From Acidimicrobiia bacterium UBA6912 (lineage in GTDB: Bacteria > Actinomycetota > Acidimicrobiia > Spongiisociales > UBA5794), in assembly GCA_002450985.1 (NCBI GenBank), contig DKBA01000001.1, forward strand, positions 1 through 43,436: a stretch of DNA of 43,436 nucleotides, read 5' to 3'. Of this stretch, positions 33,505 through 41,163 are shown one piece after another (position 1 is the first letter of the stretch; each line of letters starts with the position of its first letter). The notes beneath the pieces were generated by a model. The model had not been told where the DNA came from and did not search any database. It worked only from the letters and a program-made list of their open reading frames with translations. A program made the translations under genes and the position numbers.

Positions 33505-35043
33505 TCAGGACTCGGTCATCTCGATCCTGGCCGCCAGCGCCCTGCGGTCGACCTTGCCCAGGTGGGTCTTGGGGAAGTCGTCGACGAGCACGACGCGACG
33601 AGGGTGTTTGTAGGGCTCGAGCCGCGCCAGCACGTGCTCGATCAGCTCCTGCTCGAGTCCTGGGTGGCGCACCCGGGCGACCACGAACGCCACGGGCTTG
33701 ACCAGCCCGGCATCGTCGGCGACACCGACCACGACGCATTCGACGACGGCGTCGTGCTCGAGGAGGCACCCCTCCACCTCCTGCGGGGCGAGCCACTTGC
33801 CGGAGACCTTCATCGAATCGTCCGCCCTGCCGTGATGCTCGATGTAGCCGTCGGCGTCACGGCGCACGAGGTCACCCCCGACGAACCACTCGCCCCGGAA
33901 GGCGGCGGCAGTGCGGGGCAGGTCCTGCCAGTAGCCCCATGCCCGTGATGCGCCCCGCACCCAGAGCCGTCCGATCTCGCCGTCGGCGACGTCCTCTCCG
34001 GCCTCGTCGCAGATGCGCACGTCGAACCCGGGGACCGGCGTGCCCAGGGTGCCCGGCTTCACGTCGCCCGGGCGGTTGGTCAGGAAGATGTGCCACATCT
34101 CGGCGGTGCCGAGACCGTCGAGCAGCTCGACGCCATAGGCCGCCGTCCACTGGTGGTAGAGCTCGGCCGGCAAGGCCTCGCCTGCGGATGTCGCCAGCCG
34201 CAGCGAGGAGAGATCCGCCTGTGCCGCCTGCGGGTCGGCCAGCATCTTGGCGATCATCGTGGGTACCGTGACGAGGATGGTGGGCCGGTGCCTTGCGATC
34301 TGCTCGACGATGAGTGCCGGGGTGGGATGGTCGGGGAAGAGCACGGCCGAGGCGCCGACGGAGAACGGGAAGAACAGATTGGAGCCGGTGGCGTACCCGA
34401 AGATGAGCTTCGGGATCGAGATCGTGATGTCGTCCTCTCGGTAGCCGATGATCTCGTGGGCGTAGCGCAACGTGGTGTTCAGGAACGACCCGTGGGTCTG
34501 GATCACGGCCTTCGGGGTCCCGGTGGTGCCTCCGGAGAAGAGCCAGAGGGCCGGATCGTCGCGATGGGTGACGGCGGCGGGAAACGAGATCTCGTGGGTG
34601 ATGGCGTCGGCGAACGTGTCGAGCAGGGGATGGCCGACGCCGGCGAGCGACATGGCCTCCGCGGCGAGGACCGAGAGGTCGTGGCCGGCGACGACGGCGC
34701 CCGGCCGGGCGAGCCGGAGGATGTCGGCGATGCGGTCTCTGGGGAGATCCGGATTCACCATCACCCCGACTGCCCCGAGCTTCAAGGCACCGAACAGGGC
34801 GCCGACGAAATCCGCTCCGTCGCGCGCGATCAAGACCACCCGCTCCTCACGCCGCACCCCGGCATCGGCGAGGGCTGCGGCGTAGCCGGAAGCCAGCGCC
34901 TCGACCTCGGCATACGTCATGGTCCGGTCGGACAGGCGAAGGGCGGTGCGGTCTCCGCGACCCTCGGCGAGTCGCCGGGTCAGGAACACCTCCGCCAGGT
35001 TCACCTCTCGAGGCACGGCGGGTCCGGGAGCTGATTGCGGCAT
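33505..35043 (-). CDS. Aryl-CoA ligase of the benzoate/2-aminobenzoate/4-hydroxybenzoate-CoA ligase type (AMP-binding superfamily) (512 aa)
   Basis: LFSGGTTGTPKAVIQTHGSF (AMP motif), GYATGSNLFFPFSVGASAVLF, GDLVRRDADGYIEHHGRADDSMKVSGKWLAPQEVE. Confidence 0.85.
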   Translation of the reverse strand: MPQSAPGPAVPREVNLAEVFLTRRLAEGRGDRTALRLSDRTMTYAEVEALASGYAAALADAGVRREERVVLIARDGADFVGALFGALKLGAVGVMVNPDLPRDRIADILRLARPGAVVAGHDLSVLAAEAMSLAGVGHPLLDTFADAITHEISFPAAVTHRDDPALWLFSGGTTGTPKAVIQTHGSFLNTTLRYAHEIIGYREDDITISIPKLIFGYATGSNLFFPFSVGASAVLFPDHPTPALIVEQIARHRPTILVTVPTMIAKMLADPQAAQADLSSLRLATSAGEALPAELYHQWTAAYGVELLDGLGTAEMWHIFLTNRPGDVKPGTLGTPVPGFDVRICDEAGEDVADGEIGRLWVRGASRAWGYWQDLPRTAAAFRGEWFVGGDLVRRDADGYIEHHGRADDSMKVSGKWLAPQEVEGCLLEHDAVVECVVVGVADDAGLVKPVAFVVARVRHPGLEQELIEHVLARLEPYKHPRRVVLVDDFPKTHLGKVDRRALAARIEMTES

Positions 35044-35153
35044 GGCGCTTGCTCTGCGATCGCGGGCTCGGCATCATATCCGACGGTGGCGGCGACCCGC
35101 CAGGACGCTGCGTCGCGGGCGCCGCCGGCCACCGCCAGCGGGAGAGCATCGGC

Positions 35154-36260
35154 ATGACGGACTCGGGTGGGCGACCCCCGGTGTACTACCACGACTACCT
35201 CCGGCTCGACCGGCTGCTCAGCAGCCAGGCGCCCGAGTCGGCCAAGTACGGCGACGAAGCTCACGACGAGCTGCTGTTCATCATCGTTCACCAGGCCTAC
35301 GAGCTGTGGTTCAAGCAGATCCTCCACGAGCTGGACGACGTGCACGAGGTCTTCAGCCGCCCCTTCGTGCCCGAGCGCGAGATGGGCAGGGTGGCGTCCC
35401 GGCTCGAGAGGGTCGTCGCCATCCAACGGATCCTGATCGACCACGTGGACGCCCTGGAGACGATGACACCGCTCGACTTCCTCGACTTCCGCGATCTGCT
35501 CGTGCCGGCCAGCGGGTTCCAGAGCCTCCAGTTCCGTCTGATCGAGAACCTGCTGGGCCTGCCCCACGAGCAGCGTGTCCTCATCAACGAAGCGGACTAT
35601 ACGACTCGCTTCTCGTCCGAGCACCGGGACATCCTCGAGCGGTCTCATGGCCGCGCTTCCCTCTTCGAGCTCGTCGACGCCTGGCTCCAGCGCACCCCGT
35701 TCCTCCACTTCGGCGACTTCGACTTCTGGGACTCGTACCGGGACGCCGTCGCCCGCATGCTCGACCGGGATCGCTCCCTGATCGTGTCCAACCCCAACCT
35801 CACCGAAGAGGGTCGCGGCGAGCAGCTCGCCAGGTTCGATGCGACCGCCGACACCTTCGCCGCGCTGTTCGACGCCGAGCGGTACGAGGCGCTCCTGGCC
35901 GGCGGCATACGGCGGCTGAGCCGGGAGGCGTTCCTCGCTGCGCTCCTCATCAACCTCTATCGAGACGAACCGATCCTGCAACTCCCGTTCCGGGTGCTGC
36001 GGGCGCTCATGGACGTCGACGAGGGCTTCACGACATGGCGTTACCGCCACGCGATCATGGTGCAGCGCATGATCGGCTCGAAGATCGGCACCGGGGGCAC
36101 GAGCGGGCACGACTACCTCCGGGAGACCGCCCGCCGCCACCGGGTGTGGAACGATCTCTTCGACCTCTCGACGTTCTTCATCCCTCGCTCCGAGCTTCCG
36201 GAGCTCCCCGAATCGGTGGCGGAGGCGATGCGGTTTCACCCCACTTCTGAGCCTCGGTGA
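35154..36260 (+). CDS. kynA: Tryptophan 2,3-dioxygenase (368 aa)
   Basis: YYHDYLRLDRLLSSQ, DELLFIIVHQAYELWFKQILHEL, RHAIMVQRMIGSKIGTGGTSGHDYL. GGGAGAG SD upstream of ATG 35154. The first 35 codons of the track ORF are rejected. Confidence 0.9.
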   Translation: MTDSGGRPPVYYHDYLRLDRLLSSQAPESAKYGDEAHDELLFIIVHQAYELWFKQILHELDDVHEVFSRPFVPEREMGRVASRLERVVAIQRILIDHVDALETMTPLDFLDFRDLLVPASGFQSLQFRLIENLLGLPHEQRVLINEADYTTRFSSEHRDILERSHGRASLFELVDAWLQRTPFLHFGDFDFWDSYRDAVARMLDRDRSLIVSNPNLTEEGRGEQLARFDATADTFAALFDAERYEALLAGGIRRLSREAFLAALLINLYRDEPILQLPFRVLRALMDVDEGFTTWRYRHAIMVQRMIGSKIGTGGTSGHDYLRETARRHRVWNDLFDLSTFFIPRSELPELPESVAEAMRFHPTSEPR

Positions 36261-37390
36261 GCTATCGACGCTGGTTCCGCAGCTTCCTCGGCGCCGAGCG
36301 GCTGCACTTCGCCGCCCATTCCCATCACCTGTGGCCGGACGTCACCCATGATGCCCACGACCGGGCATGGCGGGATGCCGCGGAGCACGCCGATCACAAG
36401 TGGGACCTCGTGCTCGGCGAGGTGGTGCCCGAGACGCAGGGCCATGTCGCCGCCCGCATCGGGTTGCCCGACCCGACCACCATCGCGATCGCCCCCAACA
36501 CCCATGAGCTCGTCAACCGACTCGTCTCCTCGCTCCCGCAGCCGCTCCGTATCCTGAGCACCGACGGAGAGTTCCACAGCTTCCGGCGCCAGGCCGACCG
36601 ATGGGAGGAGGCGAAGTTGGCGTTCGTGGATCGGGTGCCGGTGGAGCCGTTCGCCACATTTCCCGATCGCTTCGTCGATGCCGCCCACGACGGCCACGAT
36701 CTCGTCTACGTCAGCCACGTCTTCTACGACTCGGCGTACGCGATCCCCGATCTCGCCGGGTTGGTGGACGCGCTCCCGCTCGACCCGGTCGTCGTCATCG
36801 ACGGCTACCACGGGTTCATGGCGATCCCAACCGATATCGGCCCGATCGGCCACCGGGTGTTCTACACGGCCGGCGGGTACAAGTACGCGATGGCGGGCGA
36901 GGGCGTGTGCTTCATGCACTGTCCGCCGGGCGTCGTGTCTCGCCCCGTCGATACCGGGTGGTTCGCCGGCTTCGGCGCCCTCGAAGGCGAGCAGATCGGC
37001 GTGCCCTACCCACGGGACGCAGCGCGTTTCTGGGGTGCGACGTTCGACCCCACGCCTCTGTATCGCTTCAACGCCGTGCAGCGGCTCCTCGACACTGAGG
37101 GGATCGATGTCGCTGCGATCCACGACCACGTGATGGGCCTCATCTCACGGTTCGTCGCAGGTCTCGCCGGGAGCCAGGCGCTCGGCGAGCTGATCCCGTC
37201 GTGGGGATCGGTGGAGGAGCGGGGCCACTTCCTCACGTTTCGCGGCCCGGACACCGCGAGGTTGCACGATCGCCTCGATGCGGCGGGCGTCGTCACCGAC
37301 CGCAGGGGCGACCGATTGCGCATCGGGTTCGGTATCTATCACGATGAGGGTGACGTCGATAGCCTGCTTGGCATCGTGCGGAGCCTGTGA
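36257..37390 (+). CDS. Class-V aminotransferase-fold PLP enzyme, kynureninase-like (377 aa)
   Basis: GTG 36257 overlaps the kynA stop (GTGA). TAGGYKYAMAGEGVCFM resembles the kynureninase PLP-lysine region. Shorter than canonical KynU and with a different N-terminus, so the function is inferred mainly from context. Confidence 0.65.
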   Translation: MSYRRWFRSFLGAERLHFAAHSHHLWPDVTHDAHDRAWRDAAEHADHKWDLVLGEVVPETQGHVAARIGLPDPTTIAIAPNTHELVNRLVSSLPQPLRILSTDGEFHSFRRQADRWEEAKLAFVDRVPVEPFATFPDRFVDAAHDGHDLVYVSHVFYDSAYAIPDLAGLVDALPLDPVVVIDGYHGFMAIPTDIGPIGHRVFYTAGGYKYAMAGEGVCFMHCPPGVVSRPVDTGWFAGFGALEGEQIGVPYPRDAARFWGATFDPTPLYRFNAVQRLLDTEGIDVAAIHDHVMGLISRFVAGLAGSQALGELIPSWGSVEERGHFLTFRGPDTARLHDRLDAAGVVTDRRGDRLRIGFGIYHDEGDVDSLLGIVRSL

Positions 37391-37414
37391 CCGTCTCAAC
37401 GTCAGGAGAGAGCG

Positions 37415-38779
37415 ATGACGGAGTACACCAAGATCACGCTCGACGAGAGCGAGATGCCCACCCAGTGGTACAACATCATCCCCGATCTGCCCGCCCCGCC
37501 GCCGCCACCCCTGCACCCCGGCACCCACCAGCCGATCGGCCCGGACGATCTCGCTCCGCTGTTCCCGATGGCGCTGATCGGCCAGGAGGTGTCGACCGAC
37601 CGTCACGTCGACATCCCCGGTGAGGTCCTCGACATCTACCGCCTGTGGCGCCCATCCCCGCTGTACCGAGCCCATCGCCTCGAGAAGCTGCTCGATACTC
37701 CTGCGAGGATCTACTACAAGTACGAGGGCGTGAGCCCCGCCGGCTCCCACAAGCCCAACACGGCGGTGCCGCAGGCGTTCTACAACGCCGCCGAGGGGGT
37801 GAGGAAGCTCACGACGGAGACGGGCGCCGGCCAGTGGGGGAGTGCGCTCTCTCTCGCGTGTGCCATGTTCGACATGGAGTGCGAGGTGTGGCAGGTGCGA
37901 GCCTCGTACGACGCCAAGCCGCACCGGAAGACGATGATGGCCGTGTGGGGCGCCACCGTGCACCCGAGCCCGTCGGACGTGACGAACGCCGGAAGGACCA
38001 TCCTCGCCCAGGACCCCGACAGCCCCGGCTCACTGGGTATCGCCATCTCGGAAGCCGTCGAGGCGGCCGCCGCCGATCCGACGGTGAAGTACGCGCTCGG
38101 CAGCGTGCTCAACCACGTCCTCATGCACCAGACGATCATCGGTGAGGAGGCGCTGCTCCAGTTCGCAAAGATCGGCGAGACGCCCGACGTCCTCGTCGGC
38201 TGCACCGGCGGCGGCTCGAACTTCGGTGGTCTCTCCTTCCCCTTCCTGCGCGAGAAGCTCGCAGGACGGATGAGCCCGACCATCCGGTGCGTCGAGCCCG
38301 CGGCGTGTCCGTCGTTGACCAAGGGCGTCTACCGGTACGACTTCGGCGATACGATCGGCATGACGCCGCTCGTGAAGATGCACACGCTCGGCCACGACTT
38401 CGTGCCGGATCCGATCCACGCCGGGGGACTGCGGTACCACGGGATGGCACCGCTCGTGTCGCACCTGTACGAGATGGGTCTCGTCGAGGCCGAGGCGATC
38501 GGCCAGCTCGAGTGTTTCGACGGCGCCCTCAAGTTCGCCAAGACCGAAGGCATCATCCCCGCCCCGGAGCCGACCCACGCCATTGCGGCGGCCATCAGGG
38601 AGGCCAACCGGGCCAAGGAGAGCGGCGAGGAGCGCGTCATCCTCACGGCATTGTGCGGGCACGGGCACTTCGACCTCAAGGCCTACGAGGACTTCCTCGG
38701 CGGCCACATGGTGGACTACGAATACCCTGCGGAGAAGGTGGCGGCGGCGATGGAGAGGGTGCCCGTCATCGAAGACTGA
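37415..38779 (+). CDS. trpB2: TrpB2-type tryptophan-synthase-beta-like PLP enzyme (454 aa)
   Basis: [22 protein letters not shown] long N-terminal arm, [18 protein letters not shown] (PLP Lys), [34 protein letters not shown], 24 nt after the preceding stop. Confidence 0.85.
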   Translation: MTEYTKITLDESEMPTQWYNIIPDLPAPPPPPLHPGTHQPIGPDDLAPLFPMALIGQEVSTDRHVDIPGEVLDIYRLWRPSPLYRAHRLEKLLDTPARIYYKYEGVSPAGSHKPNTAVPQAFYNAAEGVRKLTTETGAGQWGSALSLACAMFDMECEVWQVRASYDAKPHRKTMMAVWGATVHPSPSDVTNAGRTILAQDPDSPGSLGIAISEAVEAAAADPTVKYALGSVLNHVLMHQTIIGEEALLQFAKIGETPDVLVGCTGGGSNFGGLSFPFLREKLAGRMSPTIRCVEPAACPSLTKGVYRYDFGDTIGMTPLVKMHTLGHDFVPDPIHAGGLRYHGMAPLVSHLYEMGLVEAEAIGQLECFDGALKFAKTEGIIPAPEPTHAIAAAIREANRAKESGEERVILTALCGHGHFDLKAYEDFLGGHMVDYEYPAEKVAAAMERVPVIED

Positions 38780-38800
38780 CAGACCCGAACGGCGGCCTCG

Positions 38801-39010
38801 CTACGGCCCGGGTGGCCCTCCGCGCGCGCCGCCGTACTGGGTGTTGAAGTCCTTGATGTTGCCGTTGACCTCGGTGCCGAGAAACTGCAGCGCGGCAAGC
38901 GCGGCGATGGCGATCAACATGGCCAGGAAGGCGTATTCGACGAGGCTTGCTCCGCGATCGTTCGCGGGCAGCGAGTGCCACCAGGCGAGCGTTCTGAGAC
39001 CCAACCGCAT
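38801..39010 (-). CDS. flp: Flp/Fap-family type IVb (Tad) pilin prepeptide (69 aa)
   Basis: Leader ending ...ANDRG followed by ASLVEYAFLAMLIAIAALAAL (G/xxxxEY Flp processing motif plus hydrophobic helix). Weak SD, so the start is uncertain. Confidence 0.75.
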   Translation of the reverse strand: MRLGLRTLAWWHSLPANDRGASLVEYAFLAMLIAIAALAALQFLGTEVNGNIKDFNTQYGGARGGPPGP

Positions 39011-39090
39011 GCTCCGACGTCCATTCCCCCACGTGACGCCCCACCGCGGGACGCACCGACGCCACTCGTCGATATACGTACCCTAACTCT

Positions 39091-39115
39091 CGACCCGTCT
39101 GAGTGCCACGGGTCG
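39091..39115 (-). terminator. Perfect 8-bp stem / 9-nt loop hairpin between the patatin gene stop and flp
   Basis: CGACCCGT-ctgagtgcc-ACGGGTCG, read directly. Lies 75 nt downstream of the patatin stop (39190) on the minus strand. No U-tract follows. Confidence 0.3.
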
Positions 39116-39189
39116 GCCGCATCAAAGAGGGCAGCCGTGTGGTCCTGCGGCGCGTACCGAGCGGGCCTGCGAGGCGGCGCCGCTATCGA

Positions 39190-40146
39190 TCAGACGTTCG
39201 TTCTGACCAGGTGCCGGTGCAGCACCTGCCAGGTGTCCGGCCTGGCCAGCTCGTCCTTCAGGGAGCGCAGCGTTCGCAAGAACGCAGGCACCGCGGCCTT
39301 GGTGGAGAGGGGATTGGGACGGGTGACGGCGAGCACCCGCTCGTCGGGTCTGAAGACCACGATGTCGGTGCCCGGCCACTCGGCTCGCACCCGCTCCAGC
39401 TCCTGGGCCAGCGCCGCCCGCCCTGCTCGATCGAAGGCGTCCTCGTAGAAGCGCGCCCCCTCTCGGGACTCCGAGGCCGCCATCGGGGCGACCACGATCA
39501 CCAGGTCGAGCTGCGTCGATGAGCCGAGCACGAGATCGGCGCTCGTACCCGAGGCGATGCCCCCGTCCGCATACCACCGGCCGCCGATCTCCACCGGCTC
39601 GAACACCATCGGCACCGCCACGGAGGCGGCGACGGCGTGCTTCAAGCTCGCCGAAGGGGCCGCATCGGTCCCGAACGGCGCCCGGCGGCGTTGCGCCAGG
39701 TCGAAGGCACAGATGACGGTTGGCTCCTCGGGCCACCCGTCGGCGAGAGGTCCGAGCCGCTCCTCCACCCAATCGACGATGCCGTCCGTCGTGTAGAGCG
39801 CAGGTGACCCCGCCACCAGGCGGAGATCGGGCCGGGTGAGCCCGGGCAGGATGCCACGCCGCACCCAGCGCACCACGCCCTTTGGCCGGACGCTGCGCCG
39901 GTAGACGCGCGACCGGAGGCGACGTGCCACCTCGTCGCGAGAGTGCGCTTCGTCGAGGAAGGCGTCGATCGACAGCTGGCCGCCGCGCAGCATCGCAGCC
40001 GTGAATGCCCCGCAGGACGTGCCGACGATGACGTCTGCCTGGCTGGGGTGCCATCCGGTAGCCATCTCGAGGGCGAGCAGGGTGCCGAGATGGTACGAGG
40101 CACCGGTGATGCCGCCGCCGCCGAGTACCAACCCTACCGTTGCCAT
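39190..40146 (-). CDS. Patatin-like phospholipase (318 aa)
   Basis: VLGGGGITGASYHLG (oxyanion GGGxxG), GTSCGA (GxSxG), YADGGI (DG[GA] catalytic Asp). Confidence 0.85.
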   Translation of the reverse strand: MATVGLVLGGGGITGASYHLGTLLALEMATGWHPSQADVIVGTSCGAFTAAMLRGGQLSIDAFLDEAHSRDEVARRLRSRVYRRSVRPKGVVRWVRRGILPGLTRPDLRLVAGSPALYTTDGIVDWVEERLGPLADGWPEEPTVICAFDLAQRRRAPFGTDAAPSASLKHAVAASVAVPMVFEPVEIGGRWYADGGIASGTSADLVLGSSTQLDLVIVVAPMAASESREGARFYEDAFDRAGRAALAQELERVRAEWPGTDIVVFRPDERVLAVTRPNPLSTKAAVPAFLRTLRSLKDELARPDTWQVLHRHLVRTNV

Positions 40147-40226
40147 TCCGAGGGAGATTAGGGCCTTCGACGGTTCCGGGCATCACGACCGACGACCCAT
40201 CCCCACGAGGCAGCCGCCATTGGCAC

Positions 40227-40232
40227 TACGCT
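40227..40232 (+). promoter_or_regulatory. Candidate -10 box (TACGCT) positioned for a leaderless mshD transcript
   Basis: TACGCT-GGCCGGC-GTG(40240). Confidence 0.25.
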
Positions 40233-40239
40233 GGCCGGC

Positions 40240-41163
40240 GTGCCAGTGCGCCCGCTCGAGCCGGAAGACCATGCGGACGTCGCCTCCATACTCGCGGCTC
40301 GGGCGGCGATCGATGGACGACCGGCCCTCTCGGAGCACAAGGCTTCCAGACTGTTCCGCGGATCCGAGGTGGAGCTGGTGTCCGGGACCCGAACCGTCAC
40401 CGGCTACGCCCACGTGGCGCACCACAACGCCGCACGTCCCGAGCTCGCCCACTGGGCGCTCGAGGTCGCGGTCGACCCGTCCGTACGCGACCCGGTTGCC
40501 GAGGCCATCGCGCTGATCGAGGCGGCTCGCCAGCACATCGCCGACGGGGAGCGGCTGACCGTGTGGGCGTGGCGGCCGGACGACGCGGCGGCGGCGCGAG
40601 CCCTCGGCCTGCCCGACGTGCGGACGCTCTACGAGATGCACCGTCCGTTGCCGGTGGAGGACGGCGTCGTCACTCCACCCGGCATCGAGATCCGTCCGTT
40701 TCGGGTCGGGGTCGACGAGCCCGCGTGGCTCGCCGCCAACAACGCCGCGTTCGCCGACCATCCGGAGAACGGCGCGCTCGATCTCGACAACCTGCAGATC
40801 CGGTTCCGTCAGCCGTGGTTCGACCCCGAGGGTTTCCTGCTCGCCTGGAGTCAGGGGTCACTCGTCGGATCGTGCTGGACGAAGCTCCACCCGGGACAGG
40901 TCGGCGAGGTCTACATCATCGGCGTGATACCCGGCCACCAGGGCTCCGGCCTGGGCACGGTGCTGGTCCATGCGGGGTTGCGAGATCTGGCCGAGCGTCA
41001 AGGGGCCCGCGAGGCGATGTTGTATGTGGATGCCGCCGACACGAGGGCGACCGCCTTCTACCAGGCGCTGGGGTTCCGCGTCGCCTTCTCCACCCACGAG
41101 TTCATGCTGCAGGACGCGCGAGGCGGCGACGGCTCAGGGCGCCGGGATCATCCGAACGGTTGA
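40240..41163 (+). CDS. mshD: Mycothiol synthase (tandem GNAT) (307 aa)
   Basis: Two GNAT halves. IRPFRVGVDEPAWLAANNAAFADHPENGALDLDNLQIRFRQPWFDPEGFLLAW and VIPGHQGSGLGTVL match my memory of MshD. GTG start with TACGCT 7 nt upstream. Confidence 0.8.
   Translation: MPVRPLEPEDHADVASILAARAAIDGRPALSEHKASRLFRGSEVELVSGTRTVTGYAHVAHHNAARPELAHWALEVAVDPSVRDPVAEAIALIEAARQHIADGERLTVWAWRPDDAAAARALGLPDVRTLYEMHRPLPVEDGVVTPPGIEIRPFRVGVDEPAWLAANNAAFADHPENGALDLDNLQIRFRQPWFDPEGFLLAWSQGSLVGSCWTKLHPGQVGEVYIIGVIPGHQGSGLGTVLVHAGLRDLAERQGAREAMLYVDAADTRATAFYQALGFRVAFSTHEFMLQDARGGDGSGRRDHPNG

Noticed and set aside
866-36260. N-terminal extensions of track ORFs 866..2341, 10648..11586, 12205..13569, 13592..14389, 17532..19115, 18947..20032, 20713..21447, 21750..22844, 22391..24103, 25883..26788, 26287..27696, 27111..27959, 30046..31440 and 35049..36260
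   Set aside because: The extensions overlap the upstream gene in another frame and are compositionally junk. Internal starts are supported by SD sequences, 4-nt start/stop overlaps (ATGA/GTGA) or alignment of the N-terminus with the known start of the family domain.
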